Made by a program: the position numbers and the translations under genes. The notes beneath the pieces were generated by a model. It was not told where the DNA came from and did not search any database. It saw only the letters and a program-made list of their open reading frames with translations. Of a stretch of DNA of 64,000 nt, positions 47,701 through 60,163 are shown piece after piece (the first letter of the stretch is position 1; each line of letters begins with the position of its first letter). Source of the DNA: Dendrobates tinctorius (taxonomy: Eukaryota); assembly GCF_039654945.1 (NCBI RefSeq), contig NW_027361814.1, positions 11,222,001 to 11,286,000 on the forward strand, in the 5' to 3' direction.

Positions 47701-49765
47701 GGGTATCATACCGCTATGTATGGGGGATATCATTCCGCTGTGTCTGTATGGGGGGGATATCATTCCGCTATGTCTGTATGGGGGATATCATTCCGCTATG
47801 TCTGTATGGGGGGATATCATTCCGCTATGTCTGTATGGGGGATAACATTCTGCTATGTCTGTATGGGGGATATCATACCGCTATGTCTGTATGGGGGATA
47901 TCATACTGCTATGTCTGTATGGGGGGTATCATACCGCTATGTATGGGGGATATCATTCCGCTGTGTCTGTATGGGGGGGGATATCATTCCGCTATGTCTG
48001 TATGGGGGATATCATTCCGCTATGTCTGTATGGGGGGATATCATTCCGCTATGTCTGTATGGGGGATATCATTCTGCTATGTCTGTATGGGGGATATCAT
48101 TCCGCTATGTCTGTATGGGGGATATCATTCCGCTATGTCTGTATGGGGGGATATCATTCCGCTATGTCTGTATGGGGGGATATCATTCCGCTATGTCTGT
48201 ATGGGGGATATCATACTGCTATGTCTGTATGGGGGGTATCATACCGCTATGTATGGGGGATATCATTCCGCTGTGTCTGTATGGGGGGGGATATCATTCC
48301 GCTATGTCTGTATGGGGGATATCATTCCGCTATGTCTGTATGGGGGGATATCATTCCGCTATGTCTGTATGGGGGATAACATTCTGCTATGTCTGTATGG
48401 GGGATATCATACCGCTATGTCTGTATAGGGGATATCATTCCGCTGTGTCTGTATGGGGGATGTCATTCTGCTATGTCTGTATGGGGGATATCATTCCGCT
48501 ATGTCTGTATGGGGGGATATCATACCGCTATGTCTGTATGGGGGGATATCATACCGCTATGTCTGTATGGGGGGATATCATTCCGCTATGTCTGTATGGG
48601 GGATAACATTCCGCTATGTCTTTATGGGGGATATCATTCCGCTATGTCTGTATAGGGGATATCATTCCGCTGTGTCTGTATGGGGGATGTCATTCTGCTA
48701 TGTCTGTATGGGGGATATCATTCCGCTATGTCTGTATGGGGGGATATCATACCGCTATGTCTGTATGGGGGGATATCATACCGCTATGTCTGTATGGGGG
48801 GATATCATTCCGCTATGTCTGTATGGGGGATAACATTCTGCTATGTCTGTATGGGGGATATCATTCCGCTATGTCTGTATGGGGGATATCATTCCGCTAT
48901 GTCTGTATGGGGGGATATCATTCCGATATGTCTGTATGGGGGATAACATTCTGCTATGTCTGTATGGGGGATATCATACCGCTATGTCTGTATGGGGGAT
49001 ATCATTCCGCTGTGTCTGTATGGGGGGATATCATTCCGCTATGTCTGTATGGGGGATATCATTCAGCTATGTCTGTATGGGGGGATATCATTCCGCTATG
49101 TCTGTATGGGGGATAACATTCTGCTATGTCTGTATGGGGGATATACCGCTATGTCTGTATGGGGGATATCATTCCGCTGTGTCTGTATGGGGGATAACAT
49201 TCCGCTATGTCTGTATTGGGGATATCATTCTGCTATGTCTGTATGGGGGGATATCATTCCGCTATGTCTGTATGGGGGGATATCATTCCGCTATGTCTGT
49301 ATGGGGGATATCATACTGCTATGTCTGTATGGGGGGTATCATACCGCTATGTATGGGGGATATCATTCCGCTATGTCTGTATGGGGGATATCATTCCGCT
49401 ATGTCTGTATGGGGGGATATCATTCCGCTATGTCTGTATGGGGGGGATATCATTCCGCTATGTCTGTATGGGGGATATCATTCCGCTATGTCTGTATGCG
49501 GGATTTCATTCCGCTATGTCTGTATGGGGGATTTCATTCCGCTATGTCTGTGTGGGGGATGTCATTCCGCTATGTCTGTATGGGGGATGTCATTCCGCTA
49601 TGTCTGTATGGGGGGGATATCATTCCGCTATGTCTGTATGGGGGGATATCATTCCGCTATGTCTGTATGGGGGGATATCATTCCGCTATGTCTGTATGGG
49701 GGATATCATTCCGCTATGTCTGTATGGGGGATATCATTCCGCTATGTCTGTATGGGGGATATCAA
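44705..49765. repeat. 5-kb 28/29-bp satellite array in the homeobox gene intron
   Basis: Unit tatgtctgtatggggg(g)atatcattccgc, about 175-180 copies with recurring variant blocks; source of all ORFs 44705-49893. Confidence 0.98.
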
Positions 49766-51036
49766 TTCTAAAGCTGCAGAACCTCTTTGCCTATACAGTG
49801 AAACTTCTTCAAAAGACCACCGCTGTGAGAAGACCACCCCATTATCCAGACCGTGATATATTCTTTTCAATGAAAGGTTTTATGATATGTTAGGGGGGTC
49901 TTGGGATATCCGGATATCGTTACTGCAGGGTCTGGATGCATTTTTTTCATCTAGGCACTTGGTATATTAATGAGGTCATTCCCATCCCAAATTCTCCTCT
50001 GGGACATACAGTCAGATTTTTGGGATTCCTAACTTATAATGAGTTTCGTAGCCACCTAGGTTAATGTTTCTGTAAGGTGCTGATATACAGAGGAGTATTT
50101 TCGGGGATATAAAATATTCTAGTAATTTTTATCCCAGACCTGGGTGACATCACTGGGTATAAGGCGAAAAGCAGATTAATAAGGCATGCCGATCACCCAG
50201 AGCCGGGGGGCCCCAGTAATTGCTCTGGCCCCTGTGGGAAGCAGGGGCAAGTCGCTTTAGTAGTAAGGCTGCTGGTCCCTGGCAGTGATCAATATCCCAT
50301 TACTGGTGGCTGCCTATCTCTGAGCACAGGCGTCCTGTCTGATGAGAAGCCCCTGTATTACAGAAATGACAGCTATCGATCTAATCACTGGCCGGTCACT
50401 TCATCTGGGCACGGAAGCCGGTAATTTCTTCTTAATAACCCTGGCTAATAAAACCCGCCAGTCTGTGCTCAGCTTGTCTGCCACATGTGAAAGCCACAGG
50501 TCACGGTTTTGACACTTGTAGCATAGGTATATAATAGGGAGATGCTTATGCTGATGTGTGGAACTACAAGTCAGAGGATGCCCCGACAGCTTCTCAGAGT
50601 CATTTGGCTACAGCACTTGAATCATTGGTTCTGTACGCTTTATGGCCAATGTGAACATGCGTTTATGTGCTGCATGTATACCAACTCAAACCAAGCTCCA
50701 TTTTTGTGTCTTTTTTTTTAGCTCTTGAATCATGTATGGATATTCTTAAGAACTCAGGTGGTGAATAAGGAGAAATGGGAATAAAAAATGAATATAGGAT
50801 GATCACTATAGGGCTGTGCTCCATCCCAGCATAGCGCAAAAGTAATGTAACATCAATGAACAAGCCACAAAAAGTAAGAACTTTTTGCCGCTTGCTCGTC
50901 GCAGGCCCGGTTCCTTGCAGATTTCATCATATTTGCTGAGAAAAAATCCCTCACCAAGTAGTGGTATTTCTTCTGGAAAAATGGTGGACCCCCTGATGGT
51001 ATCCCATAGACCCCATTACAGTCAGTATTTATATAA

Positions 51037-51332
51037 AGGAGTTGTCTGGCCTTAAGTACAATGTGACTGCAGACTTGTGAAGCTTCACAGCGCACGCAAT
51101 TCTTCAGCACTGCGAGTCTGACTGCGAGTATGTGATTTGCATGCGTGCGATCACATGCCGACTAGACGTGCCCGGCCTCGCTCCGGATAAGTCTAGTCGG
51201 AATGTGGCCGGAAGTATGCAAACCGGTCTCAAGACCACACACACCACAGTGAACACGATGTGAGGGTTCACAAGTCTACAGATACATTGAGCGACTGCAG
51301 ACTAGTAGTCTAAGGCCGGACAACCCCATTAA
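51037..51332. mobile_element. T2/Kolobok-type MITE
   Basis: aggagttgtctggcctta / taaggccggacaacccca-ttaa; same family as the 16465 and 26551 copies. Confidence 0.7.
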
Positions 51333-51774
51333 GGGAGCTGTAAGGTCCTGTTTACATTTTTTACACTCTTTTAACCATCACCTCACGAAAGATCTCTATG
51401 GGTGAGTTTAGCATGTACATTTAGAGCTAAATGTAGGCAGAAAATGTGATGAGACCATAGCCTGAGATGTCTTTATAGGGTTCAGTTTTCTTTGTCCATA
51501 GATCCATTTTGGCATTATGTACCGTGCAATAAATAACTAATTTGCTGCTGACAGTATACAGCGCAGCAATAGGAGTGCTGCGTCCAGGAGGGCCACCTTG
51601 TGGTTGTAATTGTGTGCTGCATGGGAGAAATGTTAGTACTGAAATCCAAATATTACCATTTAATGCACCGAACCTCAGCCGCATATAGTTTGGCAGTGGT
51701 CTTAATTTTTACAATAGCCTTCATTTTGTGAAATTACACCCCTTGCATTTTTATAGGATCAGAAAGATCTATAG

Positions 51775-52527
<753 letters not shown>

Positions 52528-53064
52528 TGACCAAAGCAACTCATGGATTTAGAGGTCCTTCTGGCTGTTGTGATGCTACAACTTGCCAACTTCTCCATCC
52601 CGTTGGTCATGCTGGAAGTTGTACAGTCATCGTTTCAGAGCGGCAGACGGGATGTGCAACCGATCGATATCTTCCTTCAGGCTTGATATGCAATATCCTC
52701 CCTCGTCAGGTGAGAAGGCCAAGCTTTTAGCACTTTTATCAAGGGCGGACATATCATCGGTGCAACCTGGGCAGATGCCCAATAAATAAGGAGGCCGCTA
52801 CCACTATCACCTACAAAACAGGTGCAATTCTGCATTACCATGAGATATTTGGGCATCATAAACGGACCACCATTTCACCGAGCGGGAGGAAGACCACCAT
52901 CGAGTTAGGGAACGATTGGTTGTTCCCTACATCCGACTTTCATGGTCCATGTTGTCCTCATAGGCATTTACAAGGCCATTGAGTTCAGGTCAGAAGACCC
53001 CCTAGCCGGTCAGGACACTGTGGTCTGTACACACACTGTGAAAATTGAATGTGTGAAACCGGCT

Positions 53065-53648
53065 TTAAAGATAAACCGTCGATTTAAAAATTTTTTCATA
53101 CATCAGTAATGCAGTTGAAAATAAGAGACTATGTAATAAATCTTATCAGATAAAATCTGCTTCTTTCTCCTCCTGGACCGATCATTCATTCTCAAAGTTC
53201 TCAATTCATAGATAAAATCTGTCTTTATTAAATAGAGAATTTCCCATTACTGAGATAGGAGATGACGGTTGGTGCTTTTAAAATTCTACGGAGAACTGTG
53301 ACGTTTCAGGAAAACTTACAGCACAATGTCTGTGCCTCTAGCTCCTCCCCTCTACATTCTCCATCAAATTTTATGAACACCAACTATCATCTTCTAGCTC
53401 AGCAATATAATAATAATTTATTAATTAATAATTTAATACTAATTTTTTTTATTTATATAGCACTAACATATTCTGCCGCACTTTACATTTAAAAATGAAA
53501 ATCTGTCAGATTTTACCCCTGAAATGGGAATGAAAGATCAATCCAGGAGGAGAAAGAAGCAGATTTCTCTGATAAGATTCATTACAGGGTTTATTATTTT
53601 CATGGGGACTATTGATTTATAACACTTAAAATGACGGTTACGTTTTAA
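53065..53648. mobile_element. T2-like MITE with long imperfect TIRs
   Basis: aaccgtc...aatcttatcagataaaatctgcttctttctcctcctgg is the inverse of ccaggaggagaaagaagcagatttctctgataagatt...gacggtt; TTAA flanks. Confidence 0.65.
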
Positions 53649-54154
53649 TGATTCGTCTCATTTCAAGCCTTATTTCTGGAATTGTTAACATCTGTAAATT
53701 TACATTTATTAATATTAAAGCATAAAACTTGTGCCAGTGCTACATATTGTGAGGGTATACATGTAGTAAGGAATAATGACTTCTATCAGCCCAGAATGGG
53801 GTCCACAGGGATTGTACACTGTCGCAGCCATGACACATTCCCTTATCAGACTTACGTGTCTGCCGAGATATGATTGCTTGAAGTTACAAGTCCAATGCCT
53901 GAGTCTGCACCGACTCCTACAATGTGCTGTGAATTGATATTCATTAAACCATTGATGTCCTAGATATAGAGATTTATACATGGACATAAAGGTTTAAGAT
54001 ATTTGGGTCCGCACAGGAATCCAAATGCCACACGTCACCCCGTGAGTTAAAAAAAAAAAAAATGCAATGGTGGAAAAAGTTTTAAAATGGGAAAGTCCTC
54101 ATTCAGATGTATATTTGACACGGATTATATATTATTGCACAGTTTATGTGTTAA

Positions 54155-54345
54155 GGCCGGGATCACACATGCGAGAAACTCAGACGAGTCTCACATCTTA
54201 ATATCTGGCACTGCCGCCGGCACTCGGGATCGGAGCGTGCAGCCGCATAGAAGTACATGGAGCCACATGCTCCTGAGTGCCGGCGGCAGTGCCAGATATT
54301 AAGATGCGAGACTTGTCTGAGTTCCTTGCATGTGTGATCCCGGCC
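54155..54345. mobile_element. Near-perfect palindromic Harbinger-type MITE
   Basis: ggccgggatcacacatgc / gcatgtgtgatcccggcc; arms of about 75 bp; ttaa on both sides. Confidence 0.85.
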
Positions 54346-54665
54346 TTAATTTGGAGACCAAGGACCTGATTCGTTATTCCATTTGCACCTTTTTTTTGTT
54401 TAGTTTTTGGTATTCTTCGCCTGTTTTTCATTTTTAAATTCTATTGTATATCTCTTCACCTGTTTTTTTTTTTCCTTTTATGGTCACCATTATGGCCAAG
54501 GTTTGCAACTTTTTAGAAAGTTTGTAGAAAGTCGCTCCATTTTCGCTCAATTCCAGCTTCCCCAGAGTGATTTTATGAACGCCTACATTTTTTTTAGCAA
54601 ATTTTTGCATAGCATGTGATTATTTTGTGCTAAAAAGATGCAAACAAAGGTTAAAGGCAAACATA

Positions 54666-56265
54666 CAGTCATATGTAAAAGTTTGGGCACCCCTATTAAT
54701 GTTAACCTTTTTTCTTTCTAACAATTTTGGTTTTTGCAACATGTATTTCAGTTTCATATATCTAATAACTGATGGACTCGGTTATATTTCTGGATTAAAA
54801 TGAGGTTTATTGTACTAACAGAAAATGTGCAATCTGCATTTAAACAAAATTTGAACGGTGCAAAAGTATGGGCACCCTTATCATTTTCTTGATTTGAACA
54901 CTCCTAACTACTTTTTACTGACTTCCTGAAGCACTAAATTGGTTTTGTAACCTCATTGAGCTTTGAACTTCATAGCCAGGTGTATCAAATCATGAGAAAA
55001 GGTATTTAAAGCGGCCACTTGCAAGTAGTTCTCCTATTTGATTCTCCTATGAAGAGTGGCATCATGGGCTCCTCAAAACAACTCTCAAATGATCTGAAAA
55101 CAAAGATTATTCAACATAGCTTTTCAGGGGAAGGATACAAAAGTTGTCTCAGAGATTTAACCTGTCAGTTTCCACTGTGAGGAACATAGTAAGGAAATGG
55201 AAGAACACAGGTACAGTTCTTGTTAAGCCCAGAAAAATATCAGAAAGGCAGAGAAGAAGAATGGTGAGAACAGTCAAGGACAATCCACAGACCACTTCCA
55301 AAGACCTGCAGCATCATCTTGCTGCAGATGGTGTCACTGTGCATCGGTCAACAATACAGCGCACTTTGCACAAGGAGAAGCTGTATGGGAGAGTGATGCG
55401 AAAGAAGCCGTTTCTGCAAGCACGCCACAAACAGAGTCGCCTGAGGTATGCAAAAGCACATTAGGACAAGCCAGTTACATTTTGGAAGAAGGTCCTGTGG
55501 ACTGATGAAACAAAGATTGAGTTGTTTGGTCATACAAAAAGGCGTTATGCATGCGCTGTATTGTTGACCGATGCACAGTGACACCATTTGCAGCAAGATG
55601 ACGCTGCAGGTCTTTGGAGGTGGTCTGTGGATTGTGCTTGACTGTTCTCACCATTCTTCTTCTCTGCCTTTCTGATATTTTTCTTGGCCTGCCACTTCTG
55701 GGCTTAACAAGAACTGTACCTGTGTTCTTCCATTTCCTTACTATGTTCCTCACAGTGGAAACTGACAGGTTAAATCTCTGAGACAACTTTTTGTATCCTT
55801 CCCCTGAAAAGCTATGTTGAATAATCTTTGTTTTCAGATCATTTGAGAGTTGTTTTGAGGAGCCCATGATGCCACTCTTCATAGGAGAATCAAATAGGAG
55901 AACTACTTGCAAGTGGCCACCTTAAATACCTTTTCTCATGATTTGATACACCTGGCTATGAAGTTCAAAGCTCAATGAGGTTACAAAACCAATTTAGTGC
56001 TTCAGGAAGTCAGTAAAAAGTAGTTAGGAGTGTTCAAATCAAGAAAATGATAAGGGTGCCCATACTTTTGCACCGGTCAAATTTTGTTTAAATGCAGATT
56101 GCACATTTTCTGTTAGTACAATAAACCTCATTTGAATCCAGAAATATAACTGAGTCCATCAGTTATTAGATATATGAAACTGAAATAGCTGTTGCAAAAA
56201 CCAAAATTGTTATAAAGAAAAAAGGTTAACATTAATAGGGGTGCCCAAACTTTTACATATGACTG
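54666..56265. mobile_element. Fold-back Tc1 derivative made of two 5' halves in inverted orientation
   Basis: TA TSD; arms 54666-55363 and 55552-56265 are reverse complements, each containing the TIR, 5' UTR and MGSSKQLSNDLK... transposase start; catalytic region lost after WTDETK. Confidence 0.93.
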
Positions 56266-56865
56266 TATAGTTCGTTTTTGATTTTGTGGAAAATTCATGA
56301 ATCGGGTATGTCATTTTGAAGAATTTGGTGGAAAAATCTTCAGTGACTATCACAAGACAAAAAATAAAGGTGCGTAAAAAAACGCAAATGATAAAGTGTA
56401 TACAAAAGCATAAAAAAAAGGAGACATGTCTGATTCTGATCCGAGTCATAGATCAAACCCACAGATCCAATTCAATGGGTCGATGAAGAAAACGGATAGC
56501 ACACGGATAGCGTGTCCTCAGAGTGCTGCCTTTTTTTTGTTTTCTGGGTTGGAGAAGCTTGGAATTTGTGATTTATTTTTGCATGCAAGAAGAAATGGAT
56601 GCCTCAAAGACCAAAAATGGATGAACATGGGATCCAGCACATGGAGGAAAAACAATCTGCTTTTTTCATTTCACCTAAAAACAAAAAAACACCTAAATGA
56701 CGCCTAATGCTATCTTTACTTGTTTCCTGACACTCCCTTTATGTTGCTTACTGGTCCAACATCGGTCTCTGTTCACCCTGCTCCAGTAATGATGTGCCTA
56801 CATCACATGCTACCATTCATTGGCTGCAGCAGTGGCCTCAGTCGTCACATAATGTGTTTATATGT

Positions 56866-57427
56866 CAGAGCCAGGTGAGCGGAGACCGGTGGAGAGTCAG
56901 GTGAGCAAAGACCGGTGGAGAGCCAGGTGAGCGGAGACCGGTGGAGAGCCAGGGGAGCGGAGACCGGTGGAGAGCCAGGTGAGCGGAGACCGGTGGAGAG
57001 CCAGGTGAGCGGAGATCAATGAGCCAGGGGAGCAGAAACCAGCGAGAGGCAGGTGAGCGGAGACAAGTAAAGAGCCAGGTGAGCAGAGACCAGTGGAGAG
57101 CCAACTGAGCAGAGACCGATGGAGAGCCGGGTGAGCAGAGACTGGTGGAGAACCATGTGAGCAGAGACCTGTGGAGAGCCAAATGAGCAGAGACTGGTGA
57201 AGAGACCGGTGGAGAAGCAGTTAAGCCGAGACCGGCAAAGAGCCAAGTGAGCAGAGACTGGTGGGGAGCCAGGTGAGCAGAGACCAGTGGGGAGCCAGAT
57301 GAGCAGAGACCGGTGGGGAGCGAGGTGAGCAGAGACCGGTGGGGAGCGAGGTGAGCAGAGACCGGTGGGGAGCCAGGTGAGCAGAGACCGGTGGAGAGTC
57401 AGGTGAGCAGAGATCGGTGGGGAGCCA
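56866..57427. repeat. 26-bp minisatellite, about 21 copies
   Basis: Unit agagccaggtgagc(a/g)gagaccggtgg. Confidence 0.9.
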
Positions 57428-59372
57428 TGGAAGTGGCAGCATCGCAGTGAGATTATATTGGTCAGGTGTAACTCTTTTTGCTTATATACACCATTGGAAG
57501 CCTTTCAGCCATGAATAAGCCAAGTTCTCCTTTAGACGGAGCTCAATGTCACTGGCGCAGCGAGCAGATTGTGCTGCATTAACTTTCAAGTCCATAAACT
57601 TTAAGCAGAAATGTGTCCAGAGACCCTCGTACCCAGGCAAGCAGAATGAAGGGCACCAGTCTCCTCAGTGAAGAACTCTGGAGATCCAATATTTAGTAAA
57701 TGGCAGATACAAACCAACATAAGTCCTGACTGTATCCTGGATATTATCAAATAACTAAAGAGAATCACAGGTACCGATGTAACAAACTAAGTCTCACTGT
57801 ACCTTGTAAACACTGTATGACTTGTCTGTACCACACTTTTATTTATTTATCACAATGTGTTATCTCAATATTGTGCTTTGTAAAGTGGCACAGAAGAAAA
57901 TACAGTATACGTGTGGTACTAGCAGAATGTGGTACTAGCAGGTACGCATGATGCAAAGACTAGACGCGAGACGGTCTTGTGTTTTTGGTAACAACTTTTA
58001 TAGATTTATAGGTAACTATCCGCAGGGATAGTCTAAGCAACCGAACAAGATAACAGGAATTGTCCTCGCAGGGACTCAATACAAGCAAACATGGAAATAT
58101 AAGAACACGGCTACGTCCGGCAAAGCCGGTCACTATAGGGCCGCAGTATGGCCGACTACGGGTCCTTAACTATACAGCTCTCTTAACCAGCTCGGCGTCC
58201 CAGACGTTGGTTCTTCGGCGTAGCAGCCGCTGGGCCCAGCCGCTGAAGATCTGTCGCAGACTTCGAGTATTCCGACGCTCCGGTGAGGCAGGGGCACGAC
58301 AGGCCCCAGAAGAGTCCTTGGACAGATGGGCCGCAGCCCCCCGGATCGGGGCAAACAGCGGCGATGAGGGGTGGCGGCTGCCAGCGACTGCAACGGAGGA
58401 CCCGCGGTGAGCAGCGACCCGGCCCTTGCCGCGGACTGGAGCGGGACAGTGGTGGCCGCTGACGGCACTGAACTAGCCGCGGCCAAGGGTAGAAGCGGGG
58501 CGGCGGGGGGACAGACCCCAGCCGCGGGCTGACGTGAGGCGGCAACGGCCGCTGGGACCCGTGGGCGGGCTGGGATGGGGCAGCAGCGGCCGCTGGTGTC
58601 CACGGGCAGGCCGCAGCCGCAGGCAGGAGTGAGGCAGCAACGGCCGCGAGTGACCGCGGGCAGGCCGCAGCCGCGGGTTGGAGTAAGGCTGCAGCGGCCG
58701 CTGGTCGATGCGGGGCAGTGGTTCTCGGACGGTCATCTCGGCGCCGTCCCTCTGAAGTCCAGGGGGAGTGTCTCTCCTGTCTCTGGCCTCCTTCCTGGCT
58801 CCGGTGAGTCGCTCTGGCTCTCAGTTGCTCCCACGGTCTCCTGCTCCTTCTGTCCCGTTCTGCTGACTCACTGTGACTCTCATTCCCCGCCCCTTTTATA
58901 CTGGCTCCTGAACATTATCCCCCGGAAACAGTTTCCTCCGGAACCTAGGTGATGGTCCCCTTGGTTCCGACCCGGACACTCGGCGGGGACCCTCTCTTCC
59001 ACACTCCCCCACCTTGTATGCTCGCCAGTCCTCGAGCGAGGGCTTTAGTAGACTCAAGTTAGTCTTTTGAGATGACAGTTCTTGTCGCCATACGAACTGG
59101 TCCTGTTCGTAGCGTTCAGGGGGTTTGCCAGCTGCTGACCGCTCGGAGCGTCGAAGTTCGGTTTTGGTGGAGTCTTCTGGGGTGGTGGATGGTGGTAGGT
59201 TGGTTGATTCTAGTGGGGTGGCTGGGTCCACTGCGATATCACTACTTGGATGGCCCGCGGAGGCGGCTGGGGAGTCCTCCTCATCATCCAGGTCCCAGAC
59301 CGCTGACAGGGGGTCGGGGACCTGTGGGGTCGGCTCTGATCACAGGGAGTCAGTGGACACACAGGGCCGTAG

Positions 59373-60158
59373 TGTGACGTCCGTCCGCGAATCTGGGCTG
59401 CAATAGGGACAGCACCCTGAGAAACCCCGAGACCCTTAACCCCTATATAGGGATCTGGAATTGTAGCAAGCCCCATGGGGTGGCTGTCTAGAGGAGCAGT
59501 GGGCCAGAGCAGGACGGTCGCCAAGGGAAAAAGGCAGGGAACCAAAAACGTAGACAGAAATCGGGAGAGCAGCGGAGGTACCGAATCGGCAGACAGTGGC
59601 AGAGTAAACAGTCCAGGCCAAGGTCACAAAAGCGGGAGAATGGCAAAGGTACAAAAACGGCAGGCAGTAGCAGAGTCGAATATCCAGGCCAAGGTCACAA
59701 ACCAGGAGAGTAGCAGAGGTACAAAATCGTCAGGCAGTAGAGGGGTCAGAAATCCAGGCTGAGGTCAGAGTCAAACAATAGCAAATCACACCGTAGCACA
59801 CAGGGGAACCAAGAATATATCCGGCGGCTTGCAAGACCAGTCCCAAAGTATTTGAGGGATCAGGTCATCCCTCACAGGTTCCCGGACTGATAATGTCATC
59901 AGGACCGCCCCCCGGACCAGTCCAGATGGTGATGCACCAACCCCTTTATGACTGACAGAGGAGCGGAGCCTGCGTCCACCAGATGCCTGCGCAGGAGCCC
60001 CTTCTCTGTCGCCGCCATCACTCGGGGGCGAACCACAGCGCCTTCCCGTGGCCGAGGCAGGAACAGCAGGCCCCGAGTCAGACGGCGACGTGACAGTCCG
60101 GGACCTCCTGATGGCCGAGGTCGGGACAGCAGGCCCCGAGTCTGACAGCGACGTGACA
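59373..60158. mobile_element. Solo LTR nested in the second Gypsy's integrase tail
   Basis: TGTGAC...GTGACA termini; perfect CGTAG TSD (59368-72 and 60159-63); removing it restores ...VVHCNMLR|PCVSTDS. Confidence 0.88.
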
Positions 60159-60163
60159 CGTAG

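Noticed and set aside
44705-49893. Many long Cys/Gly/Tyr-rich ORFs resembling keratin-associated proteins
   Set aside because: Satellite translation in all frames; variable G-run lengths shift frames freely
57778-57911. TGTAACA as the outer end of the second Gypsy LTR
   Set aside because: TGTGG at 57912/57928 better mirrors the CCACA end at 59003; cannot be settled without the 5' LTR
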